Shown: piece after piece, positions 10,223-19,961 of the stretch
Layout of the letters: each line of letters begins with the position of its first letter
Numbering within the stretch: position 1 is the first letter of the stretch
UHGV virus genome: UHGV-0383210
Reading direction: 5' to 3' (one strand)
Origin: a virus
DNA: 36,548 nucleotides
The notes under the pieces: model-generated
The model's input: only the letters and a program-made list of their open reading frames with translations
What the model was told of the DNA's origin: nothing
Databases searched by the model: none
Translations under genes and position numbers: made by a program

Positions 10223-10509
10223 CGGGCAAAGAGGCAATTATTCATTACCTGGGGACGCATAATAGCTTCTGTGCGCCGGACGTTGCCGCGCTAACAGGCG
10301 CAACAGTAACCAGCATAAATCAGGCCGCGGCTAAAATGGCACGGGCAGGTCTTCTGGTTATCGAAGGTAAGGTCTGGCGAACGGTGTATTACCGGTTTGC
10401 TACCAGGGAAGAACGGGAAGGAAAGATGAGCACGAACCTGATTTTTAAGGAGTGTCGCCAGAGTGCCGCGATGAAACGGGTATTGGCGGTATATGGAGTT
10501 AAAAGATGA
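10219..10509 (+). CDS. ren: Ren (96 aa)
   Basis: MTGKEAIIHYLGTHNSFCAPDVAALTGATVTSINQAAAKMARAG matches recalled lambda Ren; 4-nt overlap with P. Confidence 0.9.
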   Translation: MTGKEAIIHYLGTHNSFCAPDVAALTGATVTSINQAAAKMARAGLLVIEGKVWRTVYYRFATREEREGKMSTNLIFKECRQSAAMKRVLAVYGVKR

Positions 10510-10582
10510 CCATCTACATCACTGAGCTAATAACAGGCCTGCTGGTAATCGCAGGCCTTTTTATTTGGGGGAGAGGGAAGTC

Positions 10583-11023
10583 ATGAAAAAACTAACCTTT
10601 GAAATTCGATCTCCAGCACATCAGCAAAACGCTATTCACGCGGTACAGCAAATTCTTCCAGACCCAACCAAACCAATCGTAGTAACCATTCAGGAACGCA
10701 ACCGCAGCTTAGACCAGAATCGAAAGCTTTGGGCTTGCCTTGGTGACGTCTCTCGTCAGGTTGAATGGCATGGTCGCTGGCTGGATGCAGAAAGCTGGAA
10801 GTGTGTGTTTACCGCAGCATTAAAGCAGCAGGATGTTGTTCCTAACCTTGCCGGGAATGGCTTTGTGGTAATAGGCCAGTCAACCAGCAGGATGCGTGTA
10901 AGCGAATTTGCGGAGCTATTAGAGCTTATACAGGCATTCGGTACAGAGCGTGGCGTTAAGTGGTCGGACGAAGCGCGACTGGCTCTCGAATGGAAAGCGC
11001 GATGGGGAGACAGGGCGGCATGA
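10583..11023 (+). CDS. ninB: NinB recombination protein (146 aa from ATG 10583; ORF-track start 10565 is TTG)
   Basis: [66 protein letters not shown] matches recalled lambda NinB. Confidence 0.9.
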   Translation: MKKLTFEIRSPAHQQNAIHAVQQILPDPTKPIVVTIQERNRSLDQNRKLWACLGDVSRQVEWHGRWLDAESWKCVFTAALKQQDVVPNLAGNGFVVIGQSTSRMRVSEFAELLELIQAFGTERGVKWSDEARLALEWKARWGDRAA

Positions 11024-11202
11024 GACGACAGCGACGAAGTATCACCGACATCATCTGCGAAAACTGCAAATACCTTCCAACGAAACGCTCCAGAAATAAA
11101 CGCAAGCCAATCCCAAAAGAATCTGACGTAAAAACCTTCAACTACACGGCTCACCTGTGGGATATCCGGTGGCTAAGACATCGTGCGAGGAATACAAGGT
11201 GA
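11020..11202 (+). CDS. ninD: NinD-like protein (60 aa)
   Basis: [53 protein letters not shown] matches recalled lambda NinD; ATGA overlap with ninB stop. Confidence 0.8.
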   Translation: MRRQRRSITDIICENCKYLPTKRSRNKRKPIPKESDVKTFNYTAHLWDIRWLRHRARNTR

Positions 11203-11369
11203 TTGACCCAAATCGAAGTTACGAACAAGAAAGCGTCGAGCGGGCTTTAACGTGCGCTAATTGCGGTCAGAAGCTGCATGTGCTGGAAGTTCACGTGTGT
11301 GAGTACTGCTGTGCAGAGCTGATGAGCGATTCGAATAGCTCGATGCACGAGGAAGAAGATGATGGCTAA
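11199..11369 (+). CDS. ninE: NinE-like protein (56 aa from GTG 11199)
   Basis: [55 protein letters not shown] resembles recalled lambda NinE; GTGA overlap with ninD stop; SD GAGGAA. Confidence 0.7.
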
Positions 11370-11973
11370 ACCAGCGCGAAGACGATGTAAAAACGATGAA
11401 TGTCGGGAATGGTTTCACCCTGCATTCGCTAATCAGTGGTGGTGCTCTCCAGAGTGTGGAACCAAGATAGCACTCGAACGACGAAGTAAAGAACGCGAAA
11501 AAGCGGAAAAAGCAGCAGAGAAGAAACGACGACGAGAGGAGCAGAAACAGAAAGATAAACTTAAGATTAGAAAACTCGCCTTAAAGCCCCGCAGTTACTG
11601 GATTAAACAAGCCCAACAAGCCGTAAACGCCTTCATCAGAGAAAGAGACCGCGACTTACCATGTATCTCTTGCGGAACGCTCACGTCTGCTCAGTGGGAT
11701 GCCGGACATTACCGGACAACTGCTGCGGCACCTCAACTCCGATTTGATGAACGCAATATTCACAAGCAATGCGTGGTGTGCAACCAGCACAAAAGCGGAA
11801 ATCTCGTTCCGTATCGCGTCGAACTGATTAGCCGCATCGGGCAGGAAGCAGTAGACGAAATCGAATCAAACCATAACCGCCATCGCTGGACTGTCGAAGA
11901 GTGCAGGGCCATCAAGGCGGAGTATCAGCAGAAACTCAAAGACCTGCGAAACAGCAGAAGTGAGGCCGCATGA
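11359..11973 (+). CDS. ninG: NinG (Rap) recombination endonuclease (204 aa)
   Basis: [56 protein letters not shown] matches recalled lambda NinG. Confidence 0.9.
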
Positions 11974-12016
11974 CGTTCTCAGTAAAAACCATTCCAGATC
12001 ACAAGGGAGAAGGCGC

Positions 12017-12505
12017 ATGGGCATAAGAGAACTAAACCTCACCAAAGAACAGCACGAGTGGCTGAATGGCTGGCTTGAACTGTGGGGCGCATGGGTTTAT
12101 TCAGGTCGTCTGGAAAAGCGCATGAGCAGCGTAATAGCTAAGTTCATGGAGAGCGTAGAGCCGGGAAGAGTTATGACAAGGCCAATGTGTAATGATGATG
12201 ATGGAATGTTGATTTCTCAGGTCGTCGATTCCGTCATGTACATTGACAAGAAAGCCTTTGGCATCCTCCTCAGCTACTACGCCCACGGCTCTTCCAAGCA
12301 CGCCATTGCATCTTACTATCATCGCGTCGCAAGACCTCGCAAGATGTTATGCCGGGGCGGCGGGCGCATTCAAAAACCATCGCTCGCAACCTGTCGACGG
12401 GAAGTTGACGAAATCCTCAATGCCTCGTTGTTTATGATTTACCCGGTTCTGGATAGTGCGTTTAAAAACCGGAAACGTGTAGAGAAAATTAAACATGTAG
12501 CATAG
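12017..12505 (+). CDS. Q: Late-gene antiterminator Q, not lambda Q type; size fits a phage-21-like Q (162 aa from ATG 12017)
   Basis: Position after nin and before tR' and lysis genes; strong SD AAGGGAGAAGG; no similarity to recalled lambda Q. Confidence 0.6.
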   Translation: MGIRELNLTKEQHEWLNGWLELWGAWVYSGRLEKRMSSVIAKFMESVEPGRVMTRPMCNDDDGMLISQVVDSVMYIDKKAFGILLSYYAHGSSKHAIASYYHRVARPRKMLCRGGGRIQKPSLATCRREVDEILNASLFMIYPVLDSAFKNRKRVEKIKHVA

Positions 12506-12511
12506 AACGTG

Positions 12512-12545
12512 TTGACATCATTGAGCAAATGAGCAACACTATTCG
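12512..12545 (+). promoter_or_regulatory. Putative late promoter pR' (TTGACA -35 at 12512-12517) with qut region
   Basis: Consensus -35 hexamer immediately after Q stop; -10 element not confidently placed. Confidence 0.35.
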
Positions 12546-12550
12546 CATAA

Positions 12551-12592
12551 GCTGCCGTTAGTGACTCTTAAGTTGCAACGGTGGCTTTTTTT
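12551..12592 (+). terminator. Putative tR' terminator (end of short late leader transcript)
   Basis: GCTGCCGTT ... AACGGTGGC imperfect hairpin followed by a run of seven T. Confidence 0.5.
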
Positions 12593-12596
12593 ATTT

Positions 12597-12671
12597 GGGT
12601 CAGTCGTATAAAGGTCATTACGGAAGGCTGTTAACCTTCTTATCGTGGTTCGAGTCCACGCTGTCCCGCCA
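12597..12671 (+). tRNA. Phage-encoded tRNA, anticodon GUU (Asn) by hand fold
   Basis: Cloverleaf folded by hand: acceptor GGGTCAG/CTGTCCC (one T-T mismatch), anticodon stem GAAGG/CCTTC, loop CTGTTAA, T-loop TTCGAGT, discriminator G, CCA. Confidence 0.55.
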
Positions 12672-12676
12672 AATAT

Positions 12677-12752
12677 GCTGGTTTAGCTCCAATGGTAGAG
12701 CGGTCGCCTTGTAAGCGAATGGGTAGCGGTTCAAGTCCGTTAACCAGCACCA
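12677..12752 (+). tRNA. Phage-encoded tRNA, anticodon UGU (Thr) by hand fold
   Basis: Acceptor GCTGGTT/AACCAGC perfect, D-stem GCTC/GAGC, anticodon loop CTTGTAA, T-arm GGTTCAAGTCC, discriminator A, CCA. Confidence 0.65.
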
Positions 12753-12870
12753 TAACTGAGCCGTAGCCACTGGATGTCCTGAATTCATCAGTGATAGTTA
12801 TGCTGCGGTCTTCTTTTTCTCCCTTCCCAATATAAGAACTACGCAATCCGTTACTGGCGGAGGCGTTGCT

Positions 12871-13086
12871 ATGAAATCAATGGACAAAATCTCAACTGGC
12901 ATTGCCTACGGAACATCCGCTGGTAGTGCGGGATACTGGTTTTTGCAGTGGTTGGATCAGGTCAGTCCATCACAGTGGGCTGCGATTGGGGTGCTTGGAA
13001 GCCTTGTGTTGGGCTTTCTCACCTATCTGACAAATCTGTACTTCAAAATCAGAGAAGACAGAAGAAAGGCTGCGAGAGGTGAATAA
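12871..13086 (+). CDS. S: Pinholin, phage-21 S type, with dual-start motif (Met1 at 12871, Met4 at 12880)
   Basis: [71 protein letters not shown] matches recalled S21 pinholin. Confidence 0.9.
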   Translation: MKSMDKISTGIAYGTSAGSAGYWFLQWLDQVSPSQWAAIGVLGSLVLGFLTYLTNLYFKIREDRRKAARGE

Positions 13087-13583
13087 TGCCTCCATCATTA
13101 CGAAAAGCCGTTGCTGCGGCTATTGGTGGCGGGGCTATTGCTATAGCATCTGTGTTAATCACTGGCCCAAGTGGTAACGATGGTCTGGAAGGCGTCAGCT
13201 ACATACCATATAAAGATATCGTTGGTGTATGGACTGTATGTTACGGGCATACCGGAAAAGACATTATGCTCGGTAAAACGTATACCGAAGCAGAATGCAA
13301 AGCCCTCCTGAATAAAGACCTTGCCACTGTCGCCAGACAAATTAACCCGTACATCAAAGTCGATATACCGGAAACAACGCGCGGCGCTCTTTACTCGTTC
13401 GTTTACAACGTTGGTGCTGGAAATTTCAGAACATCGACGCTTCTTCGCAAAATAAACCAGGGCGATATCAAAGGCGCATGTGATCAGCTACGGCGCTGGA
13501 CATACGCTGGCGGTAAGCAATGGAAAGGGCTGATGACTCGCCGTGAGATTGAGCGTGAAGTCTGTTTGTGGGGGCAACAATGA
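13086..13583 (+). CDS. R: SAR endolysin, phage-21 R type (T4-lysozyme-like with N-terminal signal-anchor-release domain)
   Basis: N-terminal [30 protein letters not shown] segment followed by lysozyme domain; matches recalled R21; ATAATG overlap with holin stop. Confidence 0.9.
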   Translation: MPPSLRKAVAAAIGGGAIAIASVLITGPSGNDGLEGVSYIPYKDIVGVWTVCYGHTGKDIMLGKTYTEAECKALLNKDLATVARQINPYIKVDIPETTRGALYSFVYNVGAGNFRTSTLLRKINQGDIKGACDQLRRWTYAGGKQWKGLMTRREIEREVCLWGQQ

Positions 13584-14017
13584 GTAGAGTAACCGTGATT
13601 ATCTCCGCTCTGGTTATCTGCATCATCGTCTGCCTGTCATGGGCTGTTAATCATTACCGTGATAACGCCATGACCTACAAAGAACAGCGCGATAAAGCCA
13701 CATCCATCATCGCTGATATGCAGAAGCGTCAACGTGATGTAGCAGAACTCGACGCAAGATATACAAAGGAACTTGCTGATGCTAACGCGACTATCGAAAG
13801 TCTCCGTGCTGATGTTTCTGCTGGGCGTAAGCGCCTGCAAGTCGCCGCCACCTGTGCAAAGTCAACGACCGGAGCCAGCAGCATGGGCGATGGAGAAAGC
13901 CCAAGACTTACAGCAGATGCTGAACTCAATTATTACCGTCTCCGAAGTGGAATCGACAGGATAACCGCGCAGGTTAACTACTTGCAGGAATACATCAGGA
14001 CGCAATGCCTTCGATGA
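13580..14017 (+). CDS. Rz: Rz i-spanin (ATG 13580 overlapping R stop; ORF-track start 13568 is GTG)
   Basis: N-terminal TM segment [20 protein letters not shown], coiled-coil body, position after endolysin. Confidence 0.8.
   Translation: MSRVTVIISALVICIIVCLSWAVNHYRDNAMTYKEQRDKATSIIADMQKRQRDVAELDARYTKELADANATIESLRADVSAGRKRLQVAATCAKSTTGASSMGDGESPRLTADAELNYYRLRSGIDRITAQVNYLQEYIRTQCLR
13779..13964 (+). CDS. Rz1: Rz1 o-spanin lipoprotein embedded in +1 frame of Rz
   Basis: [20 protein letters not shown] lipobox then proline-rich [14 protein letters not shown]; fully nested in Rz as in lambda. Confidence 0.75.
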   Translation: MLTRLSKVSVLMFLLGVSACKSPPPVQSQRPEPAAWAMEKAQDLQQMLNSIITVSEVESTG

Positions 14018-14317
14018 TAGCGATAATTTTACTCATCATCCTTCACATCTGGCTCTGTAGACAGGGTGGTGATCACTTCTGGAGTGAATCCAGATTAAAC
14101 ATCTCATTGCTGATGCTTGAAGTTGAGCATCTGGCGCGCGGTAAGGGGCTGCGTTGAGATAAGAGCCAGTTCATTACAAAGCCTATCTACGGGTGGGCTT
14201 GATAATGAAACCGGAATTTATTCTGGGCAACCAGTTACGGCAGTACAGCGAAACAACCCAAGCCAGTAAGTGGGGAAATAACACTGGCAGCCACTGAAAG
14301 ATGAACCTCCAGCCTTA

Positions 14318-14756
<439 letters not shown>

Positions 14757-14792
14757 TACGGACTAATTGATGTATTGAATATTTCGAGCATA

Positions 14793-14813
14793 AATTGATG
14801 TGACACATCAATT
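14793..14813. promoter_or_regulatory. Perfect 10-1-10 palindrome AATTGATGTG-A-CACATCAATT, with an extra AATTGATGT half-site at 14765-14773; operator-like
   Basis: Read directly; lies 57 bp upstream of protease start codon. Confidence 0.6.
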
Positions 14814-14869
14814 ATTCTGGTGGATGAATTCATTATGATTTTTTCACACACCGGTATAGGAGCAAATCG

Positions 14870-15616
14870 ATGCATCAAACTCTAGCCAACGCAACTTTTC
14901 AGGTCATTGCAGGGGATTCTCGTGGTAGTGGGTTCAGCTTTATGCGAGAAGATCTGGTCGTAACCAATTTTCATGTTGTCGCCGCCTGCTGTAACTTGCA
15001 GAATCAGAATCTGCGTCAAATTAATCATGTAATCCTTCAGACTGAATCTAATGAGCATATAGAAGCTCAAATATTGTACATTGATGGTGACAACGACTTT
15101 GCGATTATGCGGTTGCAATCACCGCTTCCTGCCGGGAGAACAGTACTTCAACCATCCGTAGGATTTACTCCAACTCGAGGCAAAAAGTTAATCTTTGCCG
15201 GGTATCCGCATGGGCTGCCTCAATTGCTTACGAATGAAGGGATTATTTCCGCCCCTCTGGAAAGTGGGCGTTTTGCTCTTGATGGAATGGTTAATGGTGG
15301 AAATTCAGGCGGTCCAATTATTGACCGGGAAACGGGAGAAGCTGTAGGCATTGTTACTCAACGTCGATACATTCTGCCGCCTGATGCGCAGCAGCTCTCT
15401 AATGAAGTTGCTCAGCTTCGCGGCTATTTGGCGCAGGCAGCACAGCAAATGTCAGTGGAAGTCATGGGGGTTAACTTTGGACGAATGGCAGATATGTTCA
15501 GTCGCTCACTGCAAATGGTTAATGAAATGTTGAATCTTAATGCCAATCCTGGCATTGGGACTGGTTTCTCGTTAGAACCAATCGTAAATGCAGTTAATTC
15601 ACTTCCTCAACATTGA
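14870..15616 (+). CDS. Trypsin-like (S1/chymotrypsin-fold) serine protease, no signal peptide, about 85-aa C-terminal extension of unknown function
   Basis: Catalytic-triad motifs in order: TNFHVV (His), GDNDFAIM (Asp), GGNSGGPI (Ser); SD AGGAG 7 nt before ATG; N-terminus lacks a hydrophobic signal. Confidence 0.75.
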   Translation: MHQTLANATFQVIAGDSRGSGFSFMREDLVVTNFHVVAACCNLQNQNLRQINHVILQTESNEHIEAQILYIDGDNDFAIMRLQSPLPAGRTVLQPSVGFTPTRGKKLIFAGYPHGLPQLLTNEGIISAPLESGRFALDGMVNGGNSGGPIIDRETGEAVGIVTQRRYILPPDAQQLSNEVAQLRGYLAQAAQQMSVEVMGVNFGRMADMFSRSLQMVNEMLNLNANPGIGTGFSLEPIVNAVNSLPQH

Positions 15617-15645
15617 TCAAGCTGCGATTTAGTAAAAGACATAGG

Positions 15646-15673
15646 GCCACTGGCAAGTGCGAGTGGCTTTTCT
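15646..15673 (+). terminator. Putative terminator after protease gene
   Basis: GCCACT-10 nt loop-AGTGGC then TTTTCT. Confidence 0.4.
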
Positions 15674-15797
15674 ATTGCCGTCAAATGGGTAGCATCATTG
15701 TAATGGCTTTAACTTTAGGTGCAGAATTATGGTAAAACCGGACTTGGATTCCGTTGAATAAGAATGGTGACCATAACACAGAGTCACCACAGATTAT

Positions 15798-16163
15798 TTA
15801 TCCGCGCGCTTCGCGACCAGGCTCATCTTCATTAACGCGATAACGCCAATATCGCTCAGGCTTAACCCAAACCACTTTATCACCGCTTACTTTGCGGAAT
15901 TGGGTAATGACAGGTGTAGATAAAACAAGATTACCATCAGCATTTTCTTTCAGAAACTGCTCATTATCGAGTTTGACTAAATAATCAACTACGTCTTCCT
16001 GATACAGGCAACCGTCATATTCTAACTGAGCCATCATCCACTTCATCACGTCTGTAAGAGACAACTTGAGTGCGTTTGGGTTTACGGCTTTGGGTTGGTA
16101 GCAGTCAGTGATTCTTCTGGAAATCTGGCTCTTTCTTGCTTTCTTCCTGAAAACCACTGACAC
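15798..16163 (-). CDS. Hypothetical protein (121 aa as ORF; may start at internal Met 16046 giving 83 aa)
   Basis: ORF convergent with protease gene; N-terminal 82 nt overlap the upstream gene out of frame. Confidence 0.4.
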   Translation of the reverse strand: MSVVFRKKARKSQISRRITDCYQPKAVNPNALKLSLTDVMKWMMAQLEYDGCLYQEDVVDYLVKLDNEQFLKENADGNLVLSTPVITQFRKVSGDKVVWVKPERYWRYRVNEDEPGREARG

Positions 16164-16291
16164 CAGTAATCACCAACAAAAACATCAAAGCTGTTTATGA
16201 TTGGCTCCTGAATAGCCATCGCCGGGCCGCCTGAAACCAAATAAACAATGTCGCCGATTTTAAATTTAGGGGTACGTGGATTTTTTGACAT
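16082..16291 (-). CDS. Small protein of the YodC/DUF2158-like family (69 aa)
   Basis: KIGDIVYLVSGGPAMAI...YWCQWFSG fits the recalled GDxVxLxSGGPxM...CxWF pattern; SD AGGAAG 4 nt before ATG. Confidence 0.55.
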   Translation of the reverse strand: MSKNPRTPKFKIGDIVYLVSGGPAMAIQEPIINSFDVFVGDYWCQWFSGRKQERARFPEESLTATNPKP

Positions 16292-16318
16292 AAAGCTTCC
16301 TTTTTAAGAGAGAGATAC

Positions 16319-16870
16319 ATGGCACTCACCGACAAACAAGAAATGTTCTGTCGCGAGTACCTCATCGATTTAAACGCCACGCAAGCGGCTATTCGGGCGG
16401 GGTACAGCGCTAAGACAGCTAACCGTACCGCATCCGAAAACCTGTCAAAACCTGACATCAAGTTAAGAATCGCCGAACTGAAAGCGCAACGCAATGATCT
16501 TGTTGGTATTAATGCAGAATATGTGCTTAATCGCCTTATTGAAATCGACCAGATGGATGTGCTTGACATTCTCCTGCAAAACGGTGAGCTAAAACCCATT
16601 AAAGACTGGCCTAAGGTATGGCGCACAACGCTATCAGGAATGGATGTCATGGAGATGGTATCCGCAGATAGCGCCGCACTTCTGAAGAAAATCAAATGGC
16701 CTGATAAGGTTAAAAACCTTGAGTTGCTTGGGCGTCATGTTTCTGTTCAGGCGTTTAAAGACAACGTCAAAAATGAAGTGACTGGCGCTGATGGAGGACC
16801 AGTCAGAACAGAAATTACCAACTTAACGCCGGAGCAGGCTGCAGAGGCGTATAGAAAAATGATGGGCTAA
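16319..16870 (+). CDS. Terminase small subunit (183 aa)
   Basis: Immediately precedes large terminase; [30 protein letters not shown] resembles phage small terminase HTH N-termini. Confidence 0.7.
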   Translation: MALTDKQEMFCREYLIDLNATQAAIRAGYSAKTANRTASENLSKPDIKLRIAELKAQRNDLVGINAEYVLNRLIEIDQMDVLDILLQNGELKPIKDWPKVWRTTLSGMDVMEMVSADSAALLKKIKWPDKVKNLELLGRHVSVQAFKDNVKNEVTGADGGPVRTEITNLTPEQAAEAYRKMMG

Positions 16871-16872
16871 GT

Positions 16873-18495
16873 ATGCCGTTACCATTCCCCTTCGATTTTA
16901 AAAATCCTGATTACCAGATGGTTTTTGAATGGCGGATGGAACGCTTACAGCGCATTCGCCAGAACCCTGAAATATTGCCAGCACTAAAACAGTTTTACCG
17001 AACCAACCCGGCTCAGTTCATCATCGACTGGGGCATGACAACGGACCCGCGTAATATTGATTATGGCCTGCCGGTGACCATTCCGTTTTTACTCTTCCCT
17101 AAGCAGGAGGAGTGGATCCACTGGATTATGGAACGCTGGGGCAATAGGGAGAATGGTATTACCGAAAAATCCCGTGAAATGGGGCTCAGTTGGACCGCGA
17201 TCGGACTGGCCTGCTCGCTTTGTCTCTTCAACAAAGAAATGGTTATCGGTTTCGGCTCCCGTAAAGAGGAATACGTCGACAGCACCGGTGACCCGAAAGC
17301 ATTGTTCTGGAAGGCGCGCAAGTTCGTGGAAACACTACCTGTAGAGTTTCGCGGTTCGTGGAGCGAGAAGAAGCACGCGCCATATATGCGTGTTGAGTTT
17401 CCTGAAACTGGTGCCGTTATCAAAGGCGAGGCTGGCGATAATATTGGTCGTGGTGACCGTACCACGCTTTATCTGGTTGATGAGGCTGCATTCCTTCAGC
17501 GTCCTCTGCTGATTGATGCGGCGTTGTCACAAACGACGCGTTGCCGTATCGACCTGAGTTCAGTTAACGGCATGGCTAACCCGTTCGCTCAGAAGCGTCA
17601 TGGCGGGAAGATACCGGTATTCACATTCCACTGGCGGGATGATCCTCGCAAGGATGAAGAGTGGTATCGCAGGGAATGCGAGAAAATCGATAATCCGGTG
17701 GTGGTGGCACAGGAACTTGATCTGAACTACAGCGCATCAGCGGAAGGCGTCCTGATTCCATCCGAATGGGTACAGGCTGCCGTTGATGCGCATATCAGAC
17801 TGGGTATCCAGCCAACAGGCAAACGACTTGGCGCGATGGATGTCGCTGATGAAGGCAGGGACAAAAATGCCTTTTCCACCCGTCATGGCTTCCTCCTGGA
17901 AAATGTGCGGGAATGGTCCGGTGTGGGCAGCGACATTTATCAGTCCGTCGAGAAGGTTTTCGGCTTTTGCGAACAGGACAACCTCGAAGAGTTTCGCTTT
18001 GACGAGGACGGGCTGGGCGCTGGCGTTCGCGGCGATGCACGCGCTATCAACGAACTGCGTAACGCTGCGCGTCGACCGTCAATACTTGCCACACCGTTTC
18101 GAGGTAGTGGCGCGGTATTTGATCCGGATGATGAAGCTGTTCGCGGGGACAACGGGCAAGCCGCACGTCTGAACAAGGACTTCTTCGCTAACGCCAAAGC
18201 CCAGAGCTGGTGGCGGTTACGTAAACTTTTTCAGAATACCTGGCGCGCCGTGGTTGAAGGTATGGCTTACAACCCGGACGAAATCATCTCAATCAGCAGT
18301 AGCATGGCACTCAAAGATAAACTCATCATCGAGCTTTCGCAGCCGACCTATTCCATTAATGGTGTGGGAAAAATAGTTATTGATAAACAGCCTGATGGAA
18401 CCCGATCGCCAAACCTTGCCGACTCGGTGATGATCAACTATGCCCCAATGAATTCAGCCCTGAACATCTGGGAGCTGCTAGGGAGACAGGCCTGA
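16873..18495 (+). CDS. Terminase large subunit (540 aa)
   Basis: Size and position between small terminase and portal; ATPase then nuclease-domain length. Confidence 0.75.
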   Translation: MPLPFPFDFKNPDYQMVFEWRMERLQRIRQNPEILPALKQFYRTNPAQFIIDWGMTTDPRNIDYGLPVTIPFLLFPKQEEWIHWIMERWGNRENGITEKSREMGLSWTAIGLACSLCLFNKEMVIGFGSRKEEYVDSTGDPKALFWKARKFVETLPVEFRGSWSEKKHAPYMRVEFPETGAVIKGEAGDNIGRGDRTTLYLVDEAAFLQRPLLIDAALSQTTRCRIDLSSVNGMANPFAQKRHGGKIPVFTFHWRDDPRKDEEWYRRECEKIDNPVVVAQELDLNYSASAEGVLIPSEWVQAAVDAHIRLGIQPTGKRLGAMDVADEGRDKNAFSTRHGFLLENVREWSGVGSDIYQSVEKVFGFCEQDNLEEFRFDEDGLGAGVRGDARAINELRNAARRPSILATPFRGSGAVFDPDDEAVRGDNGQAARLNKDFFANAKAQSWWRLRKLFQNTWRAVVEGMAYNPDEIISISSSMALKDKLIIELSQPTYSINGVGKIVIDKQPDGTRSPNLADSVMINYAPMNSALNIWELLGRQA

Positions 18496-19961
18496 TGGCA
18501 CGAAACAAACAAGCCCTGCGGCGAACTGCGCAGGCCACAGCTGATGGTTATGAGAATTTTATTGCCCGCGTAGGGATGCAGACAACTAACCAGCACTCAG
18601 CATCCACCTACCGGGCTAATTTCACCAGTCGTAACCGCATGCTGGTGGAATGGTCCTATCGTTCGTCCTGGATCATCGGCGAAGCGGTCGATGCTATCCC
18701 GGATGATATGACCCGCAAAGGCATTCGCATCACTTCGGAAATTGATGCAAAAGATCGCGGCATTCTCGAATCACAACTGGATGAGTTGCAAATCTGGGAT
18801 GCGCTGAATGACGTGCTGAAATGGTCGCGCCTCTACGGCGGCGCGGTGGGTTTCATCATGATTGAGGGGCAGGCACCAATGACCCCGCTGCGACCCGAAA
18901 CCATCGGTAAGGGCAAGTTTAAGGGGATTCTCCCGCTCGACCGCTGGATGATTGACCCGGTACTGACCCGCCGCATTAAAGATATGGGGCCGGACCTGGG
19001 TAAACCTGAGTTTTACGATGTGGTGACCACAGCAACGGGAATTCCTGCCTGGCGCATTCATCACAGTCGACTGATTCGCTTTGATGGCGTCACGCTGCCA
19101 TTTCAGCAGAAGATGACCGAGAACGAATGGGGAATGTCGGTTGTAGAGCGTATCTGGGATCGTCTTACCGCGTTCGACAGCGCTACTGTCGGCGCGGCGC
19201 AGCTGGTCTACAAAGCGCATTTGCGTACCTACAGCGTGGAGAAGCTACGCGAGCTTATCGCACTTGGTGGTCCTGCGTATGAAGCGTTGCTGAAGAATAT
19301 TGACCTGATTCGACAGTTCCAGAGCAATGAAGGCATGACTCTCATGGACTCGCGGGATAAGTTTGAAACCCATCAGTACAGCTTCAGTGGTCTGGATGAC
19401 ATCCTTTCACAGTTTGCAGAACAGATTAGTGGCGCTGTTGGTATCCCACTGGTGCGGTTGTTCGGACAGTCCCCGAAGGGATTTTCTACCGGCGATGCAG
19501 ACCTTGCCAACTATTACGACCGGGTAAGCTCGTTGCAGGAGAGGCGTTTACGTCTTCCGGTGCGGCGGATACTGGACATCATGCATCGTTCGGAGCTTGG
19601 CAAGCCGCTGCCGGACGATTTCACGTTTGAGTTTAACCCGCTCTGGCAAATGTCTGATGTCGATCGCTCAACGGTGGCGTTAAACACTACCAACGCAATC
19701 AGTACAGCGCTGGGTGATGGTCTGATGACACTGAAAGCCGCTATGACTGATTTGCGAGAAAATTCTGACGTAACCGGCATCGGGGCATCCATTACCGACG
19801 AGGACATCGAGAATGCCGAAGATGAAGCGCCGCCCGGCATCGGCGAACCTGATGACGAACCGCAGGAACCGTCAGGCGGAAATCCGGTATCGAACCAGCC
19901 TACGCAGGATAGCGCGGGCGGTAGGGGACATCGTAAATGGTCACTACGATGGTTCAAATGA
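18495..19961 (+). CDS. Portal protein (488 aa)
   Basis: Follows terminase with ATGA overlap; acidic low-complexity C-terminus typical of portals. Confidence 0.7.
   Translation: MARNKQALRRTAQATADGYENFIARVGMQTTNQHSASTYRANFTSRNRMLVEWSYRSSWIIGEAVDAIPDDMTRKGIRITSEIDAKDRGILESQLDELQIWDALNDVLKWSRLYGGAVGFIMIEGQAPMTPLRPETIGKGKFKGILPLDRWMIDPVLTRRIKDMGPDLGKPEFYDVVTTATGIPAWRIHHSRLIRFDGVTLPFQQKMTENEWGMSVVERIWDRLTAFDSATVGAAQLVYKAHLRTYSVEKLRELIALGGPAYEALLKNIDLIRQFQSNEGMTLMDSRDKFETHQYSFSGLDDILSQFAEQISGAVGIPLVRLFGQSPKGFSTGDADLANYYDRVSSLQERRLRLPVRRILDIMHRSELGKPLPDDFTFEFNPLWQMSDVDRSTVALNTTNAISTALGDGLMTLKAAMTDLRENSDVTGIGASITDEDIENAEDEAPPGIGEPDDEPQEPSGGNPVSNQPTQDSAGGRGHRKWSLRWFK

Noticed and set aside
12640-12846. 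68-aa minus-strand ORF
   Set aside because: Lies antisense across the two tRNA genes; a by-product of structured RNA sequence.
16873-18495. Looked for a cos or pac site and for lambda Nu1/A-type terminase
   Set aside because: The terminase is not lambda type and no cohesive-end site could be recognised by eye; packaging mechanism left unassigned.
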